Source: Nitrospira japonica
GTDB lineage: Bacteria; Nitrospirota; Thermodesulfovibrionia; Thermodesulfovibrionales; SM23-35
DNA: 41,664 nt
Assembly (NCBI GenBank): GCA_020725385.1
Contig: DYFC01000064.1
Span: forward strand, 1-41,664
Direction: 5' to 3'
Shown: in pieces, positions 8,210 through 18,127 of the stretch
Position numbering within the stretch: the first letter of the stretch is position 1
Layout of the letters: each line of letters starts with the position of its first letter
Program-made: the position numbers and the translations under genes
The notes under the pieces: generated by a model
What the model saw: only the letters and a program-made list of their open reading frames with translations
What the model was told of the DNA's origin: nothing
Databases searched by the model: none

Positions 8210-10156
8210 TTAATCATAAACTATTGTCAATTGCTCCGGATCCAGACCGCTTTCTTCAAGTATCTTCTTTGCTTCATTCACATGTTTGTTTAACCAGTTT
8301 CCACATTCTTTAAAATGACACTCCCTGTCTTTACATGCAAGAATTTTAACTTTAGTACAACCTTCTTCAAATGGTTTTATAAACTGCGAAATATCAATTC
8401 TTGCAACACAAGGTTTGCCTATTGATATTCCTTTTGAGATTTCTGTTTCAGGTTTTACTGCCTTCTTATAATGGCAGTAAAATTCTATTTCAGAAGCATT
8501 ATCTGTAATATTTTTTACTGCATCTATCGCATGTTGCAATTTATTCATACTTTGTTCTCTTGTCTCAAGTTTCATATCAATTGCAAGCGCAGGACACTCG
8601 GATGCACAAATGCCGCAAGCCTGACACTGACTTATATCAATTTTTGGTTTATCATCCGAAGCAACAGGAACATTGTAAGGACAAACACGTACACAATTAA
8701 GACACCTGACACAATCATCAGAAATTTCAGCTCCTGCCCCGCAATTAAGGCACCGTTGAGCTTCTGAAATCGCTTGTTCCCAGGTAAATCCAAGATTAAC
8801 TTCCTTAAAACTCTTGATTCTTTCTTCAACGGTCAATTGCGCCATTTTTTGTTGGGGTCTTTTTTCTATGAGCGGAATAATTTTTTCATCAAGAGGCCTT
8901 AATACAGTTGGCTCTTCATTTTCTTTTGGTGGTAAACTGCGTAAATATCTGTGTATTGCTATTGCAGCTCTTTTACCCGAAGCTATTGCATCAATTACAC
9001 TCATAGGTCCGCTTACAACATCACCACCAGCGAATACTCCTTTAAGGTTAGTAGTTCCGGTATCGTCTTTTACTACTATAGTGCCCCTTTTCCCCGATAT
9101 TTTCTCTATATCCTTAATATCATCTGTTCTTGGATTGTATCCTATAGCTAAAATTACAGCATCTGCCATTATTTCAAATTCAGAGTCTTCAACTGGCACC
9201 AATCTTCTCCTTCTTGATTCATCAGCTACAAAACGCATTTCAGTACAACGAATTTTTTCGATCCTGCCTCTTCCAATAAATTCCAATGGAGCAGAAAGAT
9301 AACGGAATTTCACACCTTCGCTTTCAGCTTCTTCTACTTCAATTCTTCCAGCAGGCATTTCATTTATAGTTCGTCTATATAAAACCGTGACATCTGGAGA
9401 ACCAAGCCTAATACAAGTTCGGGCAGCATCAAGAGCAGTATGTCCGCCTCCAATAATAACTACCTTTTGTCCGAGATATGGCCTTTGTCCTCTACTAACC
9501 TGTTTTAGAAATTCTACTGCAGTGATAACTCCAGGTAGTTCTATTCCTTTACATTTAGGAAACATGCTTTTTTCGCTGCCAAGTGCAATAAAAACCGCCT
9601 GATACTCTTTCATTAGTTCATCAACTGTAATATCTTTTCCAAGAGCAGTATTGGTTCTTGCCTCAACACCCAATGATAATATACGTTCAATATCATTCAT
9701 TACAACATTCTTGGGCAATCTATATTCAGGAACTCCACGTGTCATCATTCCACCTAATTCATCATGAGCTTCATAGACAACAACATTGTATCCGAGTAAT
9801 GCAAGGTCATGAGCTGCTGTTAAACCTGATGGACCACCGCCTACTATAGCGACTTTTTCTGTATAATAAGGACCTGTTTTGAAAACATCTTTTTGTTCCA
9901 TCGTTTCATCAGAAGCAAATCTTTTTAATGAAGCTATTGCAATCGGTTCGTCAATTTGCCCGCGTCTGCATGCAGACTCACATGCGCGGGTACATATTCT
10001 TCCACATACAGATGGAAAAGGATTAACCTCTCGAATTATTCTTATTGCTTCGGATACATCACCTTTTGAAATCGCATAGACATAACCACGAACATCTGTT
10101 CGAATTGGACATGCAGCCTGACAGGGAGGCATAGCATTAACGCTCATATCAATCAA
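8210..10156 (-). CDS. FAD/NAD(P)H oxidoreductase (GltD/NfnB-like) fused to a 2x[4Fe-4S] ferredoxin and an MvhD-like domain
   Basis: PPCQAACP/CGRIC...CESAC, GGGPSG, GGGHTALD..YRR, AGGD; CxxCxxCxxxCP twice; C-terminal FYC...PCVARID...ACKDRECHF. Confidence 0.85.
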   Translation of the reverse strand: MIDMSVNAMPPCQAACPIRTDVRGYVYAISKGDVSEAIRIIREVNPFPSVCGRICTRACESACRRGQIDEPIAIASLKRFASDETMEQKDVFKTGPYYTEKVAIVGGGPSGLTAAHDLALLGYNVVVYEAHDELGGMMTRGVPEYRLPKNVVMNDIERILSLGVEARTNTALGKDITVDELMKEYQAVFIALGSEKSMFPKCKGIELPGVITAVEFLKQVSRGQRPYLGQKVVIIGGGHTALDAARTCIRLGSPDVTVLYRRTINEMPAGRIEVEEAESEGVKFRYLSAPLEFIGRGRIEKIRCTEMRFVADESRRRRLVPVEDSEFEIMADAVILAIGYNPRTDDIKDIEKISGKRGTIVVKDDTGTTNLKGVFAGGDVVSGPMSVIDAIASGKRAAIAIHRYLRSLPPKENEEPTVLRPLDEKIIPLIEKRPQQKMAQLTVEERIKSFKEVNLGFTWEQAISEAQRCLNCGAGAEISDDCVRCLNCVRVCPYNVPVASDDKPKIDISQCQACGICASECPALAIDMKLETREQSMNKLQHAIDAVKNITDNASEIEFYCHYKKAVKPETEISKGISIGKPCVARIDISQFIKPFEEGCTKVKILACKDRECHFKECGNWLNKHVNEAKKILEESGLDPEQLTIVYD

Positions 10157-10222
10157 CCTCCTTTTTAATTATTAATATACTTGGTTCCTCTCCAATTTAG
10201 TTGCTTCAAAACTCTCTTTTGA

Positions 10223-10423
10223 CACTCTTGCTAAAACCTTCTGTGTCATTCCTGCGCAAGCAGGAATCCAGTTTTATCCTCTGTCATACCATGACCCTCT
10301 GGTCAAGCCAGAGGATAAACTTGACCAGATAATCCAGTAATTACCTGTCATACCACAACTTGATTGTGGTATCCAGTGATAAGCCTTAATTTCTGGATTC
10401 CCCGATCAAGTCGGGGAATGACA
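10223..10423. repeat. Cluster of four REP-like palindromes (TGTCAT...ATCCAG)
   Basis: Units at 10244-10271, 10282-10337, 10346-10376 and inverted at 10393-10423. Confidence 0.85.
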
Positions 10424-10480
10424 GTTTGTCAACTTATTCAACAACTTTTTGTGAGAAAAACTTTACATTTCTACTATATA

Positions 10481-10611
10481 TTAACCTAAAAAATGTATTT
10501 AAAATAATGCAGATGTTACGAAATCCGTTATTAGTATCCGTTTGTCATCCGTATAAAAAAATACGGACACGTGAAACGTTTTTCGTGCAATGGCTGAATT
10601 ATTTTAGTTAA
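10481..10611 (+). mobile_element. TTAA-bounded MITE-like element
   Basis: Left end matches 41482-41520 at 36/40. Right end TGCAATGGCTGAATTATTTTAGTTAA resembles three other copies. Confidence 0.65.
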
Positions 10612-11474
10612 ATTATTCCTCCATGCATCTTAGCTGACTGAACAGTATTTTTCATCAGCATAACAATAGTCATCGGACCCACACCACCCGGGACAGGCGT
10701 TATTGCTTTTGCTTTCTCTTTCACTGAGTCAAAATCAACATCACCACAGAGACCTGATTCAAGTCTATTTACTCCAACATCTATTACTACAACTCCCTCT
10801 TTAACCATATCACCGGTAATAGCTTTTGGTTTTCCAACTGCTACTATCAATATATCAGCTCTTCTTGTATGAGAAGCGAGGTCTTTTGTTCCTGTATGAC
10901 AGATTGTAACAGTAGCATTTCCACCTTTTTTCTGAACGAGCATATTTGCAATTGGCTTCCCAACAATATTGCTTCTTCCAACTACAACAACATCTGCTCC
11001 ATTTGTTTCTGTATTAGTGCGTCTTAAAAGTTCAAGTATTCCATTAGGTGTGCATGGCAAAAAACATGGTTCACCAAGCATCATTTTACCAACGTTCACA
11101 GGATGAAAACCATCAACATCTTTGGAAGGGTCAATCGCATAAAGTACATTTGTTTCATTTATTCCTTTTGGCAAAGGCAACTGAACTAAAATTCCATGTA
11201 TTTTTGGATTATTATTTAATTTATCTATTAAAGATAATAATTCTGTCTCACTCGTGTTACCCGGAAGGTCGATTCTTTCCGAATAAATCCCAAGTTCCTT
11301 GCATGCTTTTTCTTTTGCTCCAACATAGACTTTTGATGCTTCGTTGTCTCCTACAAGAACTGTAGCTAATCCAGGAATAATATTGTGTTTTTCCTTTAAG
11401 TTAGCTATCTCGACTTTAAGTTCTTCTTTTATTTGTTTTGATATTTCCGAACCCTTAATTAACTCTGCAGACAT
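10608..11474 (-). CDS. folD: Methylene-THF dehydrogenase/cyclohydrolase
   Basis: HGILVQLPLP, KDVDGFHP, PCTP, GRSNIVGKP, TPVPGGVGPMT. Confidence 0.97.
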   Translation of the reverse strand: MSAELIKGSEISKQIKEELKVEIANLKEKHNIIPGLATVLVGDNEASKVYVGAKEKACKELGIYSERIDLPGNTSETELLSLIDKLNNNPKIHGILVQLPLPKGINETNVLYAIDPSKDVDGFHPVNVGKMMLGEPCFLPCTPNGILELLRRTNTETNGADVVVVGRSNIVGKPIANMLVQKKGGNATVTICHTGTKDLASHTRRADILIVAVGKPKAITGDMVKEGVVVIDVGVNRLESGLCGDVDFDSVKEKAKAITPVPGGVGPMTIVMLMKNTVQSAKMHGGII

Positions 11475-11515
11475 CTGTACCGTCTCCTTTCTTAAATAGG
11501 GTTTTTAATTGAAAA

Positions 11516-12079
11516 TCAATCCCTTTTCTTTATAAGTTCAAGTAGTTCTTCACGTGTAGATTGTTTGCTTCTAAATATTCCTCTAACAGCAGAAGTAACA
11601 GTTCTTGCTCCTGGCTTTTTTACTCCCCTCATGCTAAGACATAGATGTTCGGCATCAATTATAACCATAGCACCCTTTGGCTTTAGTCTTTCCATTATCA
11701 AATCAGCCAGTTGGGTAGTCATTCTTTCCTGAACCTGTAGTCTTTTTGCAAGAATTTCTACTGATTTAACAAGTTCACTTAATCCAACAATTTTTCCGCC
11801 TGATGGAATATAAGCTATATGAACTTTCCCAAAAAAAGGTATTAGATGGTGTTCGCAGAATGAATAAAATGAAATGTCTTTTAACAGAACCATTTCATCA
11901 TGGCTTTCGCCCTCTATTGCCTTGAGTAATTCTTCTGTCGGGGTCTCGTGTCCTGAAAATATTTCTTCGTACATTCGTGCGACTCTACCGGGAGTTTCGC
12001 GAATTCCAGCTCTATCAGGGTCTTCGCCGATGCCTTCAAGAATTAGTCTTACACCTTTTTCAATCTTTTTTAAATCCAT
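11516..12079 (-). CDS. folE: GTP cyclohydrolase I
   Basis: [33 protein letters not shown]. Confidence 0.93.
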   Translation of the reverse strand: MDLKKIEKGVRLILEGIGEDPDRAGIRETPGRVARMYEEIFSGHETPTEELLKAIEGESHDEMVLLKDISFYSFCEHHLIPFFGKVHIAYIPSGGKIVGLSELVKSVEILAKRLQVQERMTTQLADLIMERLKPKGAMVIIDAEHLCLSMRGVKKPGARTVTSAVRGIFRSKQSTREELLELIKKRD

Positions 12080-12105
12080 TTTATTTTCCTCAAAAACGGG
12101 TTAGT

Positions 12106-12134
12106 ATTTTAGCACCTGCAATAAATATTGTCAA
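12106..12134 (-). promoter_or_regulatory. Sigma70 promoter of folE-folD
   Basis: TTGACA-N17-TAAAAT with extended -10 TG. Confidence 0.7.
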
Positions 12135-12181
12135 AGTTTTTAATTTTATATCAGCAATTCCCGGAGAATTTTAAAGATTTA

Positions 12182-12259
12182 AGATCACTCGCTGCGCTCG
12201 AAATGACAACCTTTTTTACTCTTCGTTCTTCGCTCTTTGCTCTTCGCTCTTTGCTATAA
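12182..12259. repeat. Degenerate REP-like half plus six GCTCTTY heptamers
   Basis: AGATCACTCGCTGCGCTCGAAATGACA at 12182-12208; heptamers at 12218-12259. Confidence 0.6.
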
Positions 12260-12266
12260 CTATATA

Positions 12267-13073
12267 TCATTTATTTATAATTCCTGCAAATATTTTTCTG
12301 ATTTCTCTTAATAATTGTCTTTGAACATAAGGATTTCCTGCTACAATATTCCCCGAAAATAAAAAATCATTCTTTCCATCAAATCCTGTAATTAATCCGG
12401 CTGCTTCTTTTATTATTAATGCACCCGCAGCAATGTCCCAGGGGCTTAACCCTATTTCAAAAAAACCATCACATCTTCCGCAGGCAACATATGCAAGGTC
12501 AATGGCTGCAGAACCAGCTCTTCTTAAATCACTAACTTTCACAAAAATATTTCTAAATAGTCTTAAATAATCATTTATAAATTGTTTATGTCTAAATGGG
12601 AAACCTGTTGTTATTAAAGAATATTTTAAATTTTGTGTTTTGGAAACTTTTATTGGTTTCCCGTTAAGAAAAGAACCCTTATTCTTTATACCTGTAAATA
12701 ACTCCTCCCTGAGAGGGTCGTATATTACACCTATTATAATTTCTCTTTTATATTCAAGAGCAATTGAAATTGAAAAAACAGGATACCGGTGAATATAATT
12801 TGTAGTACCATCAAGCGGGTCTATTATCCATCGGTATAAATTACTATTTCTGTCTTTTATTGATTCTTCAGTATAAAAAGCATGAGACGGGTACTTTTTT
12901 CTTATAGCATTTATTATTATTTTTTCGGATTCAGTATCAACCTTTGTAACAAAATCGGATGCTTGTTTTTGTCCTATATCTGAAACAGACAAAGTCCCGA
13001 GTTTACTTTTAACAAAATCTCCGGCAAGAATAGCAGATTCAATCGCTGTATTTAAAAAATCATTTATTTTCAT
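12267..13073 (-). CDS. suhB: Inositol monophosphatase family protein (SuhB-like)
   Basis: DFVT, WIIDPLDGTTNY, RRAGSAAIDL, PWDIAAG. Confidence 0.88.
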   Translation of the reverse strand: MKINDFLNTAIESAILAGDFVKSKLGTLSVSDIGQKQASDFVTKVDTESEKIIINAIRKKYPSHAFYTEESIKDRNSNLYRWIIDPLDGTTNYIHRYPVFSISIALEYKREIIIGVIYDPLREELFTGIKNKGSFLNGKPIKVSKTQNLKYSLITTGFPFRHKQFINDYLRLFRNIFVKVSDLRRAGSAAIDLAYVACGRCDGFFEIGLSPWDIAAGALIIKEAAGLITGFDGKNDFLFSGNIVAGNPYVQRQLLREIRKIFAGIINK

Positions 13074-13635
13074 TGATATTAATTATCCTCTGATCTGTAA
13101 TAATTATATCAACTTTAATGTCATGGGGTTCTGAAGGAATTTCTTGAACTATCTGTTCTTCGTATGAAAGTGCAATGACAGGTGAATTAGTTTTTTTATC
13201 TGAAAGAATTATATCATAATAACCGCCACCATAACCTATTCTATTACCATATATATCAAAACTTACACCCGGAACTATAATTAAGTCAACATCGTTTATT
13301 CCGGCTCTTTTACTCTCATCGGGTGCCGGTTCATATATTCCCATATAGCCTGAATTCAGATCCTTTGTACTTTCAATTTCATATAGATATAATTTCCTTT
13401 CTTTCTTTTCAACTTTCGGAACTATAACCTTTTTTCCTGTAATTAGAGAATGCTCTATTATCGAAAAAGTATCTACCTCGGATCTGAATGAAACATAAAT
13501 AAATACGCTTTTCGCTTTTATAAACTCGGGAAGAGAAAATAATTTATGTTTTATGCTTTCATCTTTTAAAAATCTATTATCTTCCGGGATCAAATCCCTT
13601 TTTAGAATAATTTCTCTTCTTATCTTATCCTTCAA
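13060..13635 (-). CDS. 5-formyltetrahydrofolate cyclo-ligase
   Basis: SEVDT, DLIIVPGVSFD..GNRIGYGGGYYD, HDIKVD. Confidence 0.93.
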   Translation of the reverse strand: MKDKIRREIILKRDLIPEDNRFLKDESIKHKLFSLPEFIKAKSVFIYVSFRSEVDTFSIIEHSLITGKKVIVPKVEKKERKLYLYEIESTKDLNSGYMGIYEPAPDESKRAGINDVDLIIVPGVSFDIYGNRIGYGGGYYDIILSDKKTNSPVIALSYEEQIVQEIPSEPHDIKVDIIITDQRIININENK

Positions 13636-14687
13636 ATTAAATTTCCCGAGAAAAGAACAATTGCATATAAAAAATAAAAACTACCGCATAAAAGCAAAGT
13701 CAAAGGTGATAGCTTCTTCCTTATATTAAGTTCCGTAAGTATAATAATTGAGGAAATTATCGCAAATATAGCTGAAAGCAATGCCATTCCTGTAATCTTC
13801 CATTCTGTGAATAAAAGCCCTACAGTTACAGGAAATGTTGCTTGAAATACCATTGCACCGGTAATATTTCCAAGAGCAAGCGTATCCCTTCCTTTCCATG
13901 TCCATGTAACGCTGTTAAATTTTTCAGGAAGTTCTGTTGCAACAGGAGCAAGTAACAAAGCAAAAATCAAAGGATCCATACCGAATCTTATTGAAATATG
14001 CTCAAGACTTTCTACAAAAGTATGAGCTCCTTTAATCATTATTGTTAGTGCCCCAAGAACCTGCAAAAGAATAAGAATTATTGAAGGATTCTCTGTCCCT
14101 GAAAATCCAAAATATTTTAGTAATTTAACTAAATACATTTCCTCTGAATGTTCAATATCTCCACTTTCACCTATTAATGTCCTGTAAATATAAAATATAT
14201 ACCCGAAGACTAAAATAATTGATATTGAAACTAAAAAGATATGGGATCTTCCAAATAATGCAGGCAGACTTACAGCAATAGAATACATACAAAGAAAAAA
14301 TATTAGATCTCTTATTGTTGATTTATATTCTACTTTAAGCTCAAATCTCCTTTTTTTTCTAAAAAAAGCAATTGTAACTGTAATTCCCACAAGAAACATT
14401 GCGATTGTAGAAAGCATAAAAGGAGCTCCAAGAATAGCGCCGACCCCTATATCCTTTGCGGATTTTCCTGCGTAGAAAAAAATAGCAACCATGGGTAAAA
14501 TTGTCTCGGGTAACGCAGTACCAACAGCAGCAAGAATACTCCCAACAACAGCCTGGGAGAGTGAAAACCTTTTACCCAGTGTTTCAATTCCATTTGTAAA
14601 AAACTCGGCTGATACAAGAATTATTAAAAGTCCGAGAATTAGAAACAAGATTTCTAAAAACATTAATGTATAACTAAAACAGGACAA
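13632..14687 (-). CDS. Sodium/calcium exchanger family antiporter
   Basis: Alpha repeats GTALPE and ATELPE with about 10 hydrophobic segments. The true start may be the ATG at 14663. Confidence 0.88.
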   Translation of the reverse strand: MSCFSYTLMFLEILFLILGLLIILVSAEFFTNGIETLGKRFSLSQAVVGSILAAVGTALPETILPMVAIFFYAGKSAKDIGVGAILGAPFMLSTIAMFLVGITVTIAFFRKKRRFELKVEYKSTIRDLIFFLCMYSIAVSLPALFGRSHIFLVSISIILVFGYIFYIYRTLIGESGDIEHSEEMYLVKLLKYFGFSGTENPSIILILLQVLGALTIMIKGAHTFVESLEHISIRFGMDPLIFALLLAPVATELPEKFNSVTWTWKGRDTLALGNITGAMVFQATFPVTVGLLFTEWKITGMALLSAIFAIISSIIILTELNIRKKLSPLTLLLCGSFYFLYAIVLFSGNLI

Positions 14688-15517
14688 TCAGATTTTTTCA
14701 ATACCGAATCCGTAACACTACCTATTAATAAACCTTTTATAAGACCAAGACCTCTCGCTCCAATAACAATCAAATCTATTTCTTTTCTTTTTGCATGTAA
14801 AACAATCTTTTCGGATGGCTCTCCTTCATATACAAAAGAATTTGCTATTATCTTATTTTTATTCAATATTTCCGAGATGTTATTTATTGTACCTTCATAT
14901 AATGGTTTAACTATTTCATCATATCTTATTTTTTTGTATATCCTTTTATTAGATATAAATTCAGGTAAAACATGAATCACGTCTAATTCGGAACCAAATA
15001 TGGAAGCCAATTTACTTGCTTCAATCAGTGCTTTTTCAGAAATACCGGAAAAATCATAAGGGCATAATATCTTTTTAATGAGAATATCCTCAAATGATAT
15101 ATGCCTGACTTCTTTACCCTTTACTACCAGCATAGGAACTTTAAGGCTTTTAATTAATTTCTCGGAACTGCTTCTTCTTAGAGGATGATGTGCGAAACCC
15201 AGGATAACAAGATCTGCTTGAGAGTCCTTTAAAGCTTTTTTAAACGATTCCTGAAGTCTTCCGGTTAGTATTTTTGTTTGAATATTTATTTCACTTTCAG
15301 AAAGCGACTTTTTAATATTATTTAATTTTACTTGAGCTTCTTTGCTTTCGTCTTTAATATACGATTCTAAATACATTGGAGGTGTCACAAGATAATCTAT
15401 AACATAAATCAAATCAAGAGAGGCATTGAAAATCTTTGCAAAAAAAGCCGAGTAAGCAAGAACTTTCTCGGTTTCTTTTCCAAAATCAATTCCAGAAAGT
15501 ATTCTCTTGATTTCCAT
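14663..15517 (-). CDS. Tandem-domain universal stress protein
   Basis: Two USP domains; DLIVIGARG...GSVTDSVL...PVLVI. Confidence 0.9.
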   Translation of the reverse strand: MEIKRILSGIDFGKETEKVLAYSAFFAKIFNASLDLIYVIDYLVTPPMYLESYIKDESKEAQVKLNNIKKSLSESEINIQTKILTGRLQESFKKALKDSQADLVILGFAHHPLRRSSSEKLIKSLKVPMLVVKGKEVRHISFEDILIKKILCPYDFSGISEKALIEASKLASIFGSELDVIHVLPEFISNKRIYKKIRYDEIVKPLYEGTINNISEILNKNKIIANSFVYEGEPSEKIVLHAKRKEIDLIVIGARGLGLIKGLLIGSVTDSVLKKSDCPVLVIH

Positions 15518-15533
15518 ATAATTACAATAAATA

Positions 15534-16316
15534 TCAATTAGTTATATGTTTTTTATAAAGTTTTTCTTTAATTATTTTTACGGCATCAACTACTTTGGGG
15601 CAAAGATAAAAGGGTGATACACCCTTTATATCAGCTTCCATAACATCATCATCAAATTTTATAACTCCAATTACTCTCATATTTTCAAGATTATCTTTTA
15701 TGAATTCAATATCTTTATCGTCTCGTATTTTATTAGCAACTATAAATACATTTTTAATACCGAGTTCTTTTGCCATCTTATGAACAGTCTTTGCTGTTTG
15801 TAAACTTCTCTGTCCGGGTTCTACAACAACAATAAAAGCATCAACATATTCTGATGTGCCTCTTGTTAAATGTTCAATTCCTGCTTCCATATCAACAATT
15901 ACTACTTCATTTCGTTTTGTAATAAGGTGTTTTAAAAGACTTCTTAACAAAACATTCTCGGGACAATAACAACCCGACGATGCTGCTTTAACTTTCCCCA
16001 TAACCAGTAATGTTATACCGTTTATTTTATATCCAATACCTTCCGGAAGATCATCAACTTTTGGATTAAGCTTATATATTCCACCAGGGGCTCCCGGTTT
16101 TGCACCGGTCCTTTCTTCAATCAAATCTGCCATTTCTACCAATGGTTTTATTTTAGAAACATCCTCAAGAGGAACACCAAGTGCGGAAGCAAGATTAGCG
16201 TCAGGGTCTGCATCAACAGCTATGACTTTCTTTTTTTCTTCTGAAAACAGATGAGCAAGAACAGCGGCAAGGGTTGTTTTTCCAACCCCGCCTTTACCTG
16301 TAATAGCAATCTTCAT
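15534..16316 (-). CDS. cooC: CooC/AcsF nickel-insertion ATPase
   Basis: GKGGVGKT, DADPD, GCYCPEN nickel-binding CxC, DMEAGIEHLTRGT. Confidence 0.9.
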   Translation of the reverse strand: MKIAITGKGGVGKTTLAAVLAHLFSEEKKKVIAVDADPDANLASALGVPLEDVSKIKPLVEMADLIEERTGAKPGAPGGIYKLNPKVDDLPEGIGYKINGITLLVMGKVKAASSGCYCPENVLLRSLLKHLITKRNEVVIVDMEAGIEHLTRGTSEYVDAFIVVVEPGQRSLQTAKTVHKMAKELGIKNVFIVANKIRDDKDIEFIKDNLENMRVIGVIKFDDDVMEADIKGVSPFYLCPKVVDAVKIIKEKLYKKHITN

Positions 16317-16900
16317 AACACTTTCTTTGTCGAAGGCACTCCTTTTACTCTCGGGTCAATTGTAACAGCCTGTTTCAATGCCCGTCCGAGTGCCTTAAAA
16401 ATAGCCTCGATAATATGATGTGTATTTCTTCCATAAGGGCTATTTATATGCAGTGTTAAACTACTATTTGCAGCAAATGCCTGCATAAAATCTTCGATCA
16501 AATCCGGGTCAAAATCTCTCAATTTACTTTTTTTGGGAAATTCCACTTTATAAACAAGATAGGGTCTGCCGCTTATATCAATGCTAACATTTGCAATCGC
16601 TTCATCCATTGGAACAGATGCCTGTCCATATCTTGTTATTCCTTTCATATCACCGAGAGCTTGTTTTACTGCTTTTCCCAAAACAATTCCTACATCCTCG
16701 ACAGTATGATGATCGTCTATCTCGGTATCACCTCTGGCTTTAATTTCAATATCAAAGAGTCCGTGTTTGCTCATAAGTGAAATTATATGGTCAAGAAAAG
16801 GAATCGAGGTGTTTATAGAATAGTTTCCTACACCATCAAGATTTATTGTAAGTTCAATGTCAGTTTCTTTTGTTTTTCTTTTTAAGGTCGCTTTTCTCAT
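16313..16900 (-). CDS. hisB: Imidazoleglycerol-phosphate dehydratase (monofunctional)
   Basis: RKTKET, DDHHTVED, PMDEA, NTHHIIEAIFK, PSTK. Confidence 0.97.
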   Translation of the reverse strand: MRKATLKRKTKETDIELTINLDGVGNYSINTSIPFLDHIISLMSKHGLFDIEIKARGDTEIDDHHTVEDVGIVLGKAVKQALGDMKGITRYGQASVPMDEAIANVSIDISGRPYLVYKVEFPKKSKLRDFDPDLIEDFMQAFAANSSLTLHINSPYGRNTHHIIEAIFKALGRALKQAVTIDPRVKGVPSTKKVL

Positions 16901-17949
16901 TAAGCCCCCGTATTTAATATACTTTTCCTTAATTCTTTAAGAAAAATATTATTTTCTTTTGGCGTGCCCACTGTTACTCTTAAGCACCCTTTGACTACTC
17001 CATTCATATTTCTTACAAGCACACCATTCTTCAGCATAGATTGATAAACAATATCAGGTTTTTCTACCTTAAAAAGTATAAAATTTGCCTCAGACGGGTA
17101 TGGCTCAACTCCTTTAATTTTTATCATATTTTTAAAAAGCCTGTCTCTTTCATTACATATTGCATTTATATATTTACCGGGCAATTCTTTTTTCTTCAAG
17201 ACTTCACATGCAATTGCCTGAGAAAAGGAATTAAGATTAAATGGTAATCTTACTTTGTTGACCTGATTTATAATATCCGCATTGGCTATTAAAAATCCTG
17301 TTCTTAAAGCTGCCATACCTATTTTGCTCAATGTCCTCATTATCACAAGGTTCTCATAATCACTAAGTAAAGGCATGAAACCCTTTTTACTCGAAAAAGG
17401 TTGATATGCTTCGTCAATAATAACAAGTGATTTTTGAGCTGTTTCTTCAATTATCTTTAAAATCTTTTCCGATGAAAAACAATTTCCTGTTGGATTATTA
17501 GGTGAACTTAAAAATATTAATTTAGGTTTTTCTTTTTTAATACGTTTAATGATTTGATCAATATCAAGGTCAAATGATTCGTCTAAAGCTATTGATATTG
17601 TTTTTTCTCCAAGCGCTGTTGCAATAATCCCATACATCGAAAACGTTGGCTCCGGGAATAATACCGGACCTCCAAAAGTTGCAATCAAATAATAAATAAG
17701 TTCATCGGAACCATTACCCTGAAGTATATTTTCAGGCTTTACTAAAAATTCTTTTGCTATTATATTCTTTAATTTTTTTGCTTCCGGATCAGGGTATCTG
17801 TTTGTTTCTATATTCTTAACAATATTATAAAAACCTTTGAATCCGTATGGGCTTTCATTTGCGTCAAGCTTGACTTTACATGGTATTTCTTTTGCCTGAT
17901 AAGCTGTTAAAGAATATACACCGGACTTAACAAATTTCTTTATATTCAT
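16900..17949 (-). CDS. hisC: Histidinol-phosphate aminotransferase
   Basis: LDANESP, NRYPDP, GNGSDE, SPNNPTG, DEAY, RTLSK. Confidence 0.95.
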   Translation of the reverse strand: MNIKKFVKSGVYSLTAYQAKEIPCKVKLDANESPYGFKGFYNIVKNIETNRYPDPEAKKLKNIIAKEFLVKPENILQGNGSDELIYYLIATFGGPVLFPEPTFSMYGIIATALGEKTISIALDESFDLDIDQIIKRIKKEKPKLIFLSSPNNPTGNCFSSEKILKIIEETAQKSLVIIDEAYQPFSSKKGFMPLLSDYENLVIMRTLSKIGMAALRTGFLIANADIINQVNKVRLPFNLNSFSQAIACEVLKKKELPGKYINAICNERDRLFKNMIKIKGVEPYPSEANFILFKVEKPDIVYQSMLKNGVLVRNMNGVVKGCLRVTVGTPKENNIFLKELRKSILNTGA

Positions 17950-17985
17950 AGCAATGGAATTATACCATAACTTTGGAAGATTTAT

Positions 17986-18112
17986 TTAACTAAAAAACAT
18001 TATTCTTGAAGGATGCTGTTTGCTCAAAATATTTCAGGAAATAAGATCTATAATCGAATAAACCCGGAATAAACCAAAATTTTTTAAGCAGTATCCTTAT
18101 TATTTAGGTTAA
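17986..18112 (+). mobile_element. TTAA-bounded MITE-like element (degenerate copy)
   Basis: TTAACTAAAAAA left end; AGCAGTATCCTTATTATTTAGGTTAA right end. Confidence 0.5.
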
Positions 18113-18127
18113 AATAAAATCATACTT

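Noticed and set aside
10157-10245. ZTP or THF riboswitch ahead of the C1 operon
   Set aside because: No consensus seen; the structure nearby is explained by REP-like repeats.
12267-13073. IMPase as histidinol-phosphatase HisN completing hisC-hisB
   Set aside because: The motifs are SuhB-like (GSAAIDL) rather than HisN-like, and the gene is five genes from hisB. Not excluded, but unsupported.
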